Of a stretch of DNA of 64,000 nucleotides, positions 25,408-37,189 are shown in pieces. The stretch is from the NCBI RefSeq assembly GCF_009914755.1, contig NC_060931.1, one strand, 5' to 3'. This DNA comes from the human T2T-CHM13v2.0 reference genome, Homo sapiens. Below the pieces are notes generated by a model. That model did not search any database. It saw only the letters and a list, made by a program, of their open reading frames with translations, and was not told the DNA's origin. The first letter of the stretch is position 1; the number at the start of each line of letters is the position of its first letter. The translations under genes and the position numbers were made by a program.

Positions 25408-26019
25408 AAGCTCACCCTAATGAGCAATTATATAGTTACACTTATACTTTATACTTTTTATAATTGCATTTATACTTTCCTCTAATGAATTACTATTATA
25501 CTGTAATGATTTGTTGGGGATTCACATTTATTTAGGTGATGCTGCTAGTGTTCAGTGTCTGGAACTGTCTGTAGAACCACTTAATGAATACAAAAGAAAA
25601 TCCATTACATTATTTTTATCTTTTTCTAGGTTCTAGGAAGAGTTAAGATATGGTTTTGACTTTAGGGTACAGCTTTAGTCTATATGAAATGATCCAGTCA
25701 TTTGATCCATTATTATGTATAGCTAGAATCTTAGTATATTCCATATAGAAGATCGTGTGTGTGTGTGTGTGGCAATATGTACTTAACAATCATCCCACAT
25801 TTTTCTCCGAACAAGTTTATGATATTAGCTGGTATAAAAATACTTTTCTTACGGTTGAGAAAACAGAACATAAGATATTCAACTTGTCAAAGGTTATTTC
25901 ACTTTAACTGGCTGGAGCCAAGGTCTGAAAGCTGGCCTTCTGATTCCCCCTGCCTCTCTGATCACTCCTTTCAGTCAGTTCTAGTAACTTCTCTTGTTTT
26001 ATGTACCACTCTTTAATAT

Positions 26020-26920
26020 TGGAACACCTTAGGCTCTGTCATATCCCCCCTTCATTTCTCCATCTGCATATTCTCCATAAGGAAATTCTTCTACATCCGT
26101 GGCTCCAATGATCTATATACAGATGACTCCAACTCTACATTTAATCCAGAACTTTCTCCTTATTCTTATACCCAGATAGCCACTTGATGTCCCCACTCTG
26201 AGGTCTCTCAAGTACCTCAAATTCATGAATACACAATGAAACATAACAATACAAACCTGCTGCTGTTCAAATGTTTCCTATCACTCAAAGGAGCTCAGTT
26301 ACTTAAGCTAGAAACCAAACTGTGTTTCACATGATTCTTCATTCACCTTCTCCTCTCTTACCAAACAATTACCAAGTCTTGTCCATTCTGCTTCCAAAAT
26401 CTCTCTCACATCCAGGCATTTCCACATTATCTTTCCTGCAATCACTTGCTGAGAATATAATTGTCTCCTACCTGGCCTCCCTTAACCTACTTTTGTTCCT
26501 TTACTAATATTTTTTCCATACCATTGACTAAATAATGTTTTAAAATGGAACTCTGTTAAAATTCTTCAATGGATAAAGTATAAAATCCTTCACCAGTGCA
26601 CCCCTTTCATGATCTGATCCTTGCTTATATTCCCAGCACCATTTCACATCATTTTTCTTCTCCATCGCTTCTAGGATTTCTAGCCTTTTTTCAGTTCTCT
26701 CTTGCTTCAGCATATTTGAATACATTATTCCCTATTCTTAAAATACTTATCCTCTCTTACTCCTAGTGTCGGTAACCTTATTTTCTTATTTGTAATATCC
26801 ATCACAATTGTAACTGCTAACAGCCCCCTTACAGCATAAACTCTATGAGGATAAGGCCCCACGTCTAGCTGGTTCATCTCTGTGTCCAAAGTGCCAAACA
26901 CTAACCTATCACTTATTGGG
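26020..26920 (+). mobile_element. L2 remnant
   Basis: Pyrimidine-rich L2-like sequence. Confidence 0.55.
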
Positions 26921-27911
26921 AATGTAACTAATACCATACTTAGGTGATCATTTTCACCACTCAGACAGGGTCACACCTTCTAGCTGACTGAATCATTGCA
27001 AAGTCTTTCATTTTATGAGGCATTTTCTCCAAACCTTTACATTGTACACAAAAAAGTGTAATTGCCCCTCAAACATCCTCATCAATTCTATTTTACTGAG
27101 GGAATCAGTAAAAAATGTAAGGAAAATAGATTTAGTTTATGTCCCAAGAGTTGAATGTTGTTACAAACAAGTCTAAAAATTTATTCATAAAATATAGTAA
27201 GTCATGTTGTTAAGAATTTGAAGAAATAAAGAAAAAACAACAGTGTTAGTGTTATGAAAATAGATACAAGTGGCTCTGAACGGGAGTCTCAAGGGACAGC
27301 ACCATACTTGAATTGTAAAAGTACTGAAATGCAAACATCTTAAATGGAAGTGACCACTATGTATCCTGGAAAGCTGTTAGATGATTCCAAAAGCGGTTCT
27401 TTGACAAAGAAACCAACGTAGAAGATAAATAGGAAGAGTTTTATTAATACTACTCATGGACTATGAGCATATATAAAAAAGTAATATTTCTAAATCAATC
27501 TATTATGGCATATCCAATTTTCAAATATGTATGCATAATTAAATTTATACATTAGCTATTACAAATAGATATTTGACTATTTAATGTATCCTCAAAATTT
27601 ATATATTGAAGCTACCCCAAAAAACATCTTTCTGTATCTTCTCATTCTGAAATAGAAGACTAACTTATAGTCAAGATTGCCTTACAATGGGATACGTTAA
27701 TACTCAAATTCCAAAATTTATACTCAAATTTTTAAGTACACAGCCTTCTCAGAAAACTACTTTAAAATGTAAAAATACTCATTGAGGTGAGTCAGTTCTA
27801 ATGTTTTTTAAATCAACAACAGAATTTTACAATAATTCTTAAAAGTGAATCATAATATTATTAAATGTTTATGAATGTTTACAAATGACAGCATTTTTGG
27901 AGGAAACATGC

Positions 27912-28031
27912 CTTCACAGCTTTGAACTCATTAAGAGGTTCTATTCTGGTGACATTCCAGCAGGTCTTAGTTTCTAGTCCAAATAAATTCATTATTCCTA
28001 TGAATGTGCGATACCAGGCAGCTATGATTAC
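27912..28031 (-). pseudogene. DPY19L2P1: Exon 5 with 1-nt frameshift deletion and GC donor
   Basis: [35 protein letters not shown] then shifted FKAVK; another frame reads VQSCE; 120 nt; ends AAG|gcatgt. Confidence 0.9.
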
Positions 28032-28081
28032 CTTAAAAAAGATAAAAACAAAGAGATAATTGAGGTAAATACATTCTCTTC

Positions 28082-28104
28082 ATAATAATAATAATAATAA
28101 TAAT
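28082..28104. repeat. (AAT)n microsatellite
   Basis: About 7-8 units. Confidence 0.85.
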
Positions 28105-28234
28105 ATATACCATGGAATACTATGCAGCCATAAAAAAGGATGAGTTCATGTCCTTTGTAGGGACGTGGATGAAGCTGGAAACCATCATTCTTGGCAAACT
28201 ATCGCAAGGACAAAAAAACCAAACACCGCATGTT
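28105..28234 (+). mobile_element. L1PA internal ORF2-end fragment, no tail or TSD
   Basis: Translates [27 protein letters not shown]. Confidence 0.85.
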
Positions 28235-28236
28235 TT

Positions 28237-28500
28237 GATATTAAAAAGCTTTATAGATTCAATGCTCTACCAGTCAAAATTCCAACATATTTTTTGTTGA
28301 CTTTGATGAGCTGATTTAAAAGTTATTCAGAAATGCAAAGGGCCAAATATAGTCAAGGTATTCTTGAAAAAGGAGGATTTGCACTATCAATTGTTGCTGT
28401 ATTATAAAGCTAATGTAAAAAGACACTATGATATTGGCATAGCAATAGTCGAATAGATAACTGCAATAGAGTAGAGCCCAGAAGCAGAAATGTACATTTA
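28237..28500 (-). repeat. Arm 2 of 264-bp inverted duplication
   Basis: ORFs 23278..23469(+) and 28316..28519(-) are nearly identical. Confidence 0.95.
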
Positions 28501-28609
28501 GAAATGTACCATAACTCATATGGTTATGAGTTCCGTGGGCTCTCTTTGTGCCTCATTTTCTCAGATTTGGAGTTAAAGAGGCTGGCAATCCAGAAATGCC
28601 AATGGGCAC

Positions 28610-28994
28610 TGCTATAGTTTGAATGTGTCCCATCCAAAATTCAGGTATTGAAACTTAATGGCCAATGTGATAGTATTAACAGATGGGACCTGCAAGAGGT
28701 GATTAGACCATGAAGATTCCCCCCTCATGAGTGAGATTAAAGCTGTCTTACTCTCCTACTGTCTGCCATGTGAGGACACAGTGTTCCTCTCCTTCAGAAG
28801 ATGCAACATCAAGGCACCATCTTGGAAGCGGAGAGCAGCCTTCACCAGACACCAAATCTGCTGGTGCCTTGATCTTGGACTTCCTTGGACTCCAGAATTC
28901 TTAGACTCCATAATTGTGAGATATAAATTTCTATTCTTTATAAATTACCTAGTCTCAGATACTTTGTTCAAACAGCACAAAACAGACTAAGACA
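28610..28994 (+). mobile_element. MaLR solo LTR (MST-type)
   Basis: tgctatagtttgaatgtgtcc ... aacagactaagaca. Confidence 0.85.
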
Positions 28995-29101
28995 AATATA
29001 CAAAAAGTACCCAAAAAGTCAAAAGTAAAAAAAATGTGGCTCTACCCCTACCGTATAAACAAAGGCCAAGTGGGGAAGCTAGACTTCCACCTTCCCTGGG
29101 C

Positions 29102-29345
29102 TTTTTTTTTTTTTCTGGGGATGGAGTCTCACTCTTTTCACTCAGGCTGGAGTGCAGTGGCGTGATCTTGGCTCACTGCAACCTCTTCCTCCTGGGTTCA
29201 AGCCAATTCTCCCGCCTCAGCCTCCCAAGTGGCTGGGATTACAAGTGCCCACTACCATGCCTGGCTAATTTTTGTATATTTAGTAGAGACAGGGTTTCAC
29301 CATGTTGGCCAGGCTGGTCTCAAACTCCTGACCTCAGGTGATCCT
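29102..29345 (-). mobile_element. AluS, truncated
   Basis: Antisense Alu lacking its 5' about 55 nt. Confidence 0.92.
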
Positions 29346-29664
29346 GAAAGCAACAAGATGGTGCCTTCCCCCTTTTCCCCTTCCTTTGCTTGAGTGATAC
29401 CAGAGGTATCTAGTTAAAATAGCAGGTTTAAATAAAATCCAGTCTCATAACATAATACTCAAAATGTCTAGGTTTCAAGTGAAAATCACTCATCAGGAAC
29501 CAGAAAGATCTCAAACTGAATGAGAAATAAATGGATTCCAATACTGAGATGAAAGAAATATTAGCATTATCAAGGATTTTAAAGCAACAATCATAAATAT
29601 ACTCTAATGAGCATGCTTAAAACAAAGGGAAAAATTGAAAAGTTTACCAGAGAAATAGTCTCAG

Positions 29665-32600
29665 CAAAAAAACAGAAATCAATACTAAGAACATCTCTCA
29701 AAACACATAAGTACATGGAATTTAAACAACCTGCTCCTGAATGACTTTTTGAGTCAACAAAGAAATTAAGGTAGAAATCAAGAAATTCTTTGAAACTAAT
29801 GAAAATAAAGATACAACATACCAGGATCGCTGGAACACAGCTAAAGCAGTGTTAAGAGGCAAATTTACAGAGCTAAATGCCCACTTCAAAAAGTTAGAAA
29901 GATCTCAAATTAACAACCTAACATCACACCTAGAGGAACCAGAAAAATAAGAGCAAAACAACCCAAAATCTAGCAGAAGACAAGAAATAACCAAATCAGA
30001 GATGAACTGAATGAAATTGAGACACAAAACACCATACAAAAGATCAACAAAACCACAAGTTGGTTCTTTGAAAGAATAAATTTAATAGACCACCAGCTAG
30101 ACTAATAAAGAAAAAGAGAGAGAAGACCCAAATAAACACAATCAGAAATGACAAAAGAGATATTACCATTGACCCTGTAGAAAAGCAAAAAACTCTGAGA
30201 GACTATTACGAACAACTCTATGGACACAAACTGGAAAACCTAGAAGAAATGGCTAAATTCCTGGAAATATATAACCTCCAAAGATTTAACCAAGAAGAAA
30301 TGAAAACCCTGAATAGACCAATAACAAGTTCCAAGACTGAATCACCAATAAAAAGCCTACCAGCCAGAAAAAGCCCTGGAACAGATGACTTCACAGCCAA
30401 ATTCTACCAGACATATAAGGAGAGCGGATACCAATCATACTGAAACTATTCCAAAAACTTGAGGGATTTCTCCCTTACTCATTCTATAAGGCTAACATCA
30501 TTCTGATGCCAAAATGTGGCAAAGCCACAATGTAAAAAAGAAAACTTCAGGCCAATATCTCTGATGAACATAGATGCAAAATCCTCAACAAAATACTAGC
30601 ATACTGAATCCATCAGCACATCAAAAAGCTAATCCACCACAATCAAGTAGGCTTTATTCCTAGGATGCAAGGGTGGTTCAACACAGGCAAATCAATAATT
30701 ATGATTGATCACATAAAAGAACTAAAAAAAAACCCCACATGATTATCTAAATAGATGCAGAAAAGGCTTTTGATAAAATTCAACATCCTTTCATTTTAAA
30801 AGCCTTCAACAAAGTAGGCATTGAAGGAACATACCTCAAAATTATAAGAGCCATCTATGAAAAACCCATAGCCAACACCATACTGAACAGGCAAAAGCTA
30901 GAAGCATTTGCCTTGAGAACTGGAACAACAAAAGGATGTTTACTCTCCCCATTCCTATTCAACATAGTACTGGAGGTCCCAGCCAGAGCAATCAGGCAAA
31001 AGAAAGAAAGAAAATAAATCCACATAGGAAGACAGGAATTCACACTATCTTTTTTGTAAACAATACAATTTTATACCTAGAAAGCCCCACAGTCTCTGAC
31101 TAAAAGCTCCTAGATGTGTCTTTTTAAAACTTCAGCAAACTTTCCGGATGTAAAATCAATGTACCAAAGTCAGTAGTATTTCTATGCACCAACAATGTCC
31201 AAGCTGGGAGCCAAATCAAGAATGCAATCTCATTCACAATAGCCACAGAAAAGTAATAAAAAACTTATAAAAGAATACCTAGGAATACAGCTAATTAGAG
31301 AGGAGAAAAATCTCTACAATGAGAATTACAAAACACTGCTGAAAGAAATCAGAGGCAATAAAAACAAATGGAAAAACATTCTATGCTCATGAATAGGAAG
31401 ATTCAATATTGTTAAAATCACCATATTACCAAAAGCAATTTACAGATTCAATGCTATTCCTATCAAACTACCAATGACATTTTTCACATAATTAGAAAAA
31501 CTATTCTAAAACTTATATGGATACTCCTTCAACGTAAATAAGGTTAAAATAAATAAATAAGTAAATAAAATAAAACACATATGAAACCAAAAAATAGTTC
31601 AAATAGCCAAAGCAATCCTAAGCAAAAAGGACAAAGCCAGAGGCATCATACTACCCAACTTCAAGCTATATTTCAAGGCTACAATAACCAAAACAGCATG
31701 GTGCTAGCACAAAAACACACACATAGACCAATGGAACAGAATAGAGAGCCCAGAAATAAAGTCACACACCTAGAACCATCTGATTTTCAACAAACCTGAT
31801 AACACAAGTCAATAGGAAAAAGGACTTCTTATTCAATAAATGATGCTGGGATAACTGGCTAGCCATATGCAGAAGACTGAAACTTCACCTTTCTTTTCCC
31901 CATACACAAAAATCAACTCAAGATGAATTAAAGACTGAAATGTAAAACCTAAAACAATGAAAACCCTAGAAGAAAACATAGAAAATACCATTTTGGACAT
32001 AGACCCTGGCAAAAATTTCATGACGAAGATGCCAAAAGCAATTGTAACAAAACAAAGATTGACAAATGCAACCTAATTAAATTAAAGAGCTTCTGCATAG
32101 CAAAAGAAACTACCAAGAGAGTAAACAGACAACCTACAGAAAGGGAGAAAATATTTGCAAACTGTTCATCTGACAAAGGTCTAATATCCAGAATCCATAA
32201 GGAACAAATCGAAAGTAAAAAAAAAAACCCCATTAAAAAATGGGTACTCCGTGCCACTCCCAGTCACAGCCTCCCATGCCTTGCTCAGCTCCAACATGGC
32301 AAAAATCTCCAGCCCTACAGAGACTGTGCGGTGCATTCAGTCCCTGATTGCTGTTTTCCAGAAGTATGCTGGAAAGGATGGTTACAACTGCAATCTCTCC
32401 AAGACGGAGTTCCTAAGCTTCATGAATACAGAGCTGGCTGCCTTTACAAAGAACCAGAAGGACCCCGGTGTCCTTGACCGCATGAAGAAACTGGATGTCA
32501 GCAGCGATGGGCAGTTAGATTTCCCAAAATTTCTTAATCTGATTGGTGGCCTAGCTGTGGCTTGCCATGACTCCTTCCTCAAGGCTGTCCCTTCCCAGAA

Positions 32601-33620
32601 GTGGACCTGAGGACCCCTTGGGCCTGGCCTTCAAACCCACCCCCTTTCCTTCCAGCCTTTCTGTCATCATCTCCTCCTCACAGCCCACATGTCCCCTGAG
32701 CCCAGCATACCTACCACATCATGCAGGCCCCACCTGTGGATAGTAATAATACAATGTCACTTTTTTAAAACATGAAAAAAAAAGTGGGTGAAGGACATAA
32801 ACACAAATTTCTCAAAATTAGATATTTATGTGGCCATCAATCATATGAAAAAGTGTTCAACATCACTGATCATTACAGAAATGCAAATCAAAACCACACT
32901 AACCCAATAGGAATGGCTATTATTAAAAAGTCAAAAAATAACAGATGCTGGTGAGGTTGTGGAGAAAAGGGGATGCTTATACACTGCTGGTGGGAACGTA
33001 AACTAGTTCAAACACTGTGGAAAGCAGTTTGGAAATTTCTCAGAGAACTTAAAACTGAACTACCATTTGACCCAGCAACCCCATTACTAGGTATATACCC
33101 AAAGGAATATAAATTAGCCTACCATAAAGACACATGCACATGTATGTTCACTGCAGCACTATTCACAATAGCAAATAGCAAAGACATGGAATCAACCTAA
33201 ATGCCATCAATAGTGGAACGGATAAAGAAAATGTGTTGGTACATATACCCCATGAATATTATGCAGCCATTATAAAGAACAAGATAATGTCCTTTGCAGC
33301 AACATGGAAGGAGTTAGAGGCCAGTATGCTAAGTGAATTAATGCAGGAACGGAAAACTAAATACTGTGTGTTCTCACTTATAAGCGAAGCTAAACACTGA
33401 GTACACATGGACACAAAGAAGGGAACAACAGACACTGGGGCCTACTTGAGGGTGAAGGGTATGAGGAGGGTGAAGACTGAATAACTGCGTATTGAGTACT
33501 ATGCTTATTACCTGGGTGCCAAAATACTCCATACACCAAACCCCCACTGCATGCAATTTACCTATACAGCAAACCCACACATGTATCCCATGAACCTAAA
33601 ATAGAAGTTGGAAGAAGAAA
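29665..33620 (+). mobile_element. 5'-truncated L1 (L1PA15/16-like), host of the S100A11 retrocopy
   Basis: Degenerate ORF2 and 3'UTR; probable TSD aaa(t/a)agt(c/g)tcagca. Confidence 0.88.
32246..32778 (+). pseudogene. S100A11P2: S100A11 (calgizzarin) processed pseudogene; open 104-aa ORF at 32296-32610
   Basis: Intronless [10 protein letters not shown]...KAVPSQKWT with 5'/3' UTR and A-tail. TSD aaaaa(a/g)tgggt at 32235-32245 and 32779-32789. The pseudogene number is from recall and less certain than the S100A11 origin. Confidence 0.9.
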
Positions 33621-33950
33621 AAGTGTCAGCAGAAAAATAGAACACATAAAGAAAAGTCAAAATTTTCAGAGCTCAAAAATAAAATAATCAAAATAAAAAA
33701 CCTTAATGGATGGCACAAGAGGAGAATGGCAGAGATAGAAGAAAATAACCAGTAAACTAGAAGACAGAAAAATAGAAATTACTCAATCTGAGCAAAAGAG
33801 AAAAATCAGATGCTAACAGAATAAACAAACAAAACAGCCCTAGGGACCTGTGGAACTTTAACAAAGGATCCTACATTCATGTCACTGGAGTCTTGGAAGG
33901 AGACGGGAAAGAGGCAGGGCTGAAAAAGAATTCAAGGAAATAATTACTGA

Positions 33951-34266
33951 GGCTGGTCCCGGTGGTTCATGCCTGTAATCCCAGCAGTTTGGGTGGCCAG
34001 GGCAGGCAGATTGCTTGAGCCCAGGAGTTCGAGACCAGCCTGAGCAACATAGTAAAACCCCATGTCTACAAAAAATTAAGAAAAATTAGCCAGGTATGGT
34101 GGTTGCGCATCTCAGGAGGCTGAGGTGGGCAGATCCCTTGATTCCAGGAGTCAGAGGTTGCAGTGAGCTGAGATTTCACCACTGCACTCCAGCCTGGGCG
34201 ACAGAGTGAGATCCTGTCTCAAAATAAATAAATAAATACATACATAAATAAATAAAAAAAGAAAGA
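33951..34266 (+). mobile_element. AluJ
   Basis: gattgcttgagcccagg; (TAAA)n tail; TSD gaaataat(t/g)actg. Confidence 0.92.
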
Positions 34267-34713
34267 AAAAGAAATAATGACTGGACTTCCTATATATGGC
34301 AAAAGATATAAACCTAAATATTCAAGGAGCTGAGCAAATCTCAAACAGAAAAAATCTAAACAAATCCACACTAAAACACAACATACTTTAGAAAACATTT
34401 GAACTTTGAACATTATACTTTGATACACTTTTGAAGACTAAATTTAAAAAAATACTGAAACCAACAAGAGAGAAACAAAACCTTACCTAAAGGAGAAAAA
34501 GAATTCAACTAACAGCAGATTTATCATTAGAAACTATGGAGGGCCAGAACAAAATGGCACAACACTTGCTGAATGCTGAAAGAAAGGAACTATCGACCCA
34601 GAATCCTATCTCCAGCAAAAATATCCTTCAGTAATGAAAAGCAACTGCATTCTCTGAGTTAAGAAAAACTAAAAAAAATTTTAAAAAAATTTAAAAATTA
34701 AACAAAAAATGCA

Positions 34714-34752
34714 CAATGTGCACATGTACCCTAAAACTTAAAGTATAATAAA
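34714..34752 (+). mobile_element. Ultra-short young L1 3'-end insertion
   Basis: caatgtgcacatgtaccctaaaacttaaagtataataaa flanked by TSD aaaaaatgca. Confidence 0.8.
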
Positions 34753-37189
34753 AAAAAATGCAGCCAGCAGAACTTTTACAACAGACATCTATTCTAAAAG
34801 TGTAGCTAAAGAAAATCCCCTAAACCGAAATGAAATGATAAAAGAAGGAATGTTGGAACATCAAAGAGGAAGAAATAAAAAACATGGATAAAATAAAACA
34901 GGCTTTCACTTTCTTCCTGAGTTTATAAAATGTGTGTAAAACTTGAGTTTAAAATAAGTTTGATGATTAAAACATACAGTAAAATGACAGCAGCAACAGA
35001 TTGTAATAAATTGTGTTAATACAATCGCTAGAACCACTAAAAAAAGCTTTGTAAAGTGATATATTTAAAAAATAGATAAATCAAAATATAACTCTAAACA
35101 ATGTTCAAATGAAATGTTCTGCCACAAGAAGGTTAAAATAAAAGCAAACAGAAATTGAAAACCAAGAATAGAAACCACAAAATAAAATCACAGACTTAAA
35201 CTCTAACATATTAATAACTATATTAGATGTAAGTGGTCAATTGGTAAACATACCAATTAAGAGATACACTGACAAATTGGATTTAAAAATATTACCCAAC
35301 CGTTTACAAGGAACTTGCTTCAAATATAATAATAAAGTCAGGCTGAAAGTGAAAGGATGGACAATGATGAATTTATCATACATACAGTAATGAAAAGAAA
35401 GCAGAAGTGACGATGTCATTATCAGAAAAAAGCACACTTCAGAGGAAGCAAAATTATCAGAGAAGGAAGAAAAAGTCATCGTTAAATTATTTTTTAAAAA
35501 ATTCAACAAGAAGACCCTGCAATCCTAAATGCATATGCGCCAAACATAGAGCTACAAAATATGTGAAGAAAAACAGATAGGTGTCAATGGAGAAATGTAC
35601 ATATACCTAATTTTACTAGCAGACTTCAGAATCCCTCTGCCAAAAAACTAGAATTAGTATTTTCAACTAATTCTTTTAGTTGATAGAAGAACTAGACAGA
35701 AATTCCCCCAAAATTGAGACAAACTCAACAACACTATACAAAAGACCCTGTTTAAGAGAATGAAAAGGCAAGCTACAGACTGGGAAAATATATTTGCAAG
35801 CCATATATATGAAAAATAATTAGCATCTATAATATGTAAGGAACATCCTAAGATCCAAAATTCATAAAACAAACAATTCAAATAGAAATGGAGCAAAATA
35901 CATAAAGACACGTTTCACATACGGATGGCAAATAAGCACAAAAAGATGTACACCATCATTAGCCAATAGGGAAATGCAAATTAAAACCATAATGATACAT
36001 CACTACATATGTGTAAGAATAAGTAAAATAAAAAATAGTGACAATACCAAATGCAGGTAAGGATACAGATAAACCTAATTTTGGTTGTGCTTAGGTTGTA
36101 TCTATTGACTACTGAGTATGTAGCACAAGGAAATTTGCATAGTTTCATTCATTCAACAAATATGATATTGAATCAACTCCATATTCCAGGAAGTAGGCAC
36201 CTGGGATACAGCTAGGAAATACATAATAGGCCCGGGAAAACAGTAGAAAACAAGGTCATTTGCTGAGAGTGAAAGGGGGACAGGAGGTTTGGGATAACTG
36301 GAGAGAGAAGATATGGAAACGGGCATCAAGGGGTTAGCAAAAGGCTCAAGGACCATATCAGGGCCTGTGGCCTATTTTTGTACCAGTAATGTGAAAAGGA
36401 CATTGTTACCTTCCCCCCAGCAGTTTAAGATAATAGAGTGTAAGACTTATAGGGGAGATAAGGAAGAGGGGGGTGGGTGGGTTTCCTGCCTTTCTTTAAG
36501 TGGCTCCTGTTCTCCCAGGCTTTACCATGGAGGATGCTTTCTGAGCACTCTTGCTAATCTTTTGTCAGCACCTTATGAGGTCTGTGTAAAAATGTCTGTA
36601 AGCAATTGCAAATACCCTTGCTAACCCACACTAGGCATTTACCGACTGACTGGTGAACAATTTGAGCTGAATTCTTTACCATTGTGTCTAGTGGCATGAC
36701 CCATGTAATTAAATGCTTGTTTCTGTTCTCCTTGCACATGCTTTATCTTTTTAATTTATTTTGGGTTATTTGATTGCCCTGTGACCTCAGCTCCCTGACT
36801 GCTTCAGGAAAAGTTGTAAATTTGAAGACTGTCTGGCTTTTGTTGTTGTTGCTGCTGACATTGCTGGAAGGCCACGAGCAATGTTCTTTTTGGCTTTCTA
36901 CATCCAAGGGAAAGCTGACCTGACATGATTAAATCCAACTCTCCATTTTCTCCATGTTTATACTTGGGAATCTGATTATAGCTGGAGGAACACAATTCTG
37001 TTGGCTGGTTTTGTTCTCAATTCAAGACCATCCACCTCAAATGAAGCCCTTGGTGCTGCCCAAGAAACTCACATTATATCCCTAGTCTATTCATTCTGTT
37101 AGATAAGAGGTCAGCAAGCTTTTCCTATAAAGAGCCAGACGATAAGTATTTTAGGCTTTGTGAGATAGTCTCTGTCTCATACTCTTTAA

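Larger units (their letters stand above)
33621..36070 (+). mobile_element. Old L1M (ORF1 to ORF2 region), continuing from about 28540-29660
   Basis: Degenerate L1 ORF1/ORF2-like A-rich sequence interrupted by younger elements. Confidence 0.7.

Noticed and set aside
27906-27911. GT 4 nt downstream of the exon-5 GC donor that would restore the frame (124-nt exon)
   Set aside because: Splicing to exon 6 would create T|GA, a TGA stop at the junction, and the site (CAT|gtttcc) is weak.
25073-28031. Skipping exons 5+6 as frame rescue
   Set aside because: Exon 4 ends at phase 0 and exon 7 starts at phase 2, so it is out of frame; only skipping exons 5-7 works.
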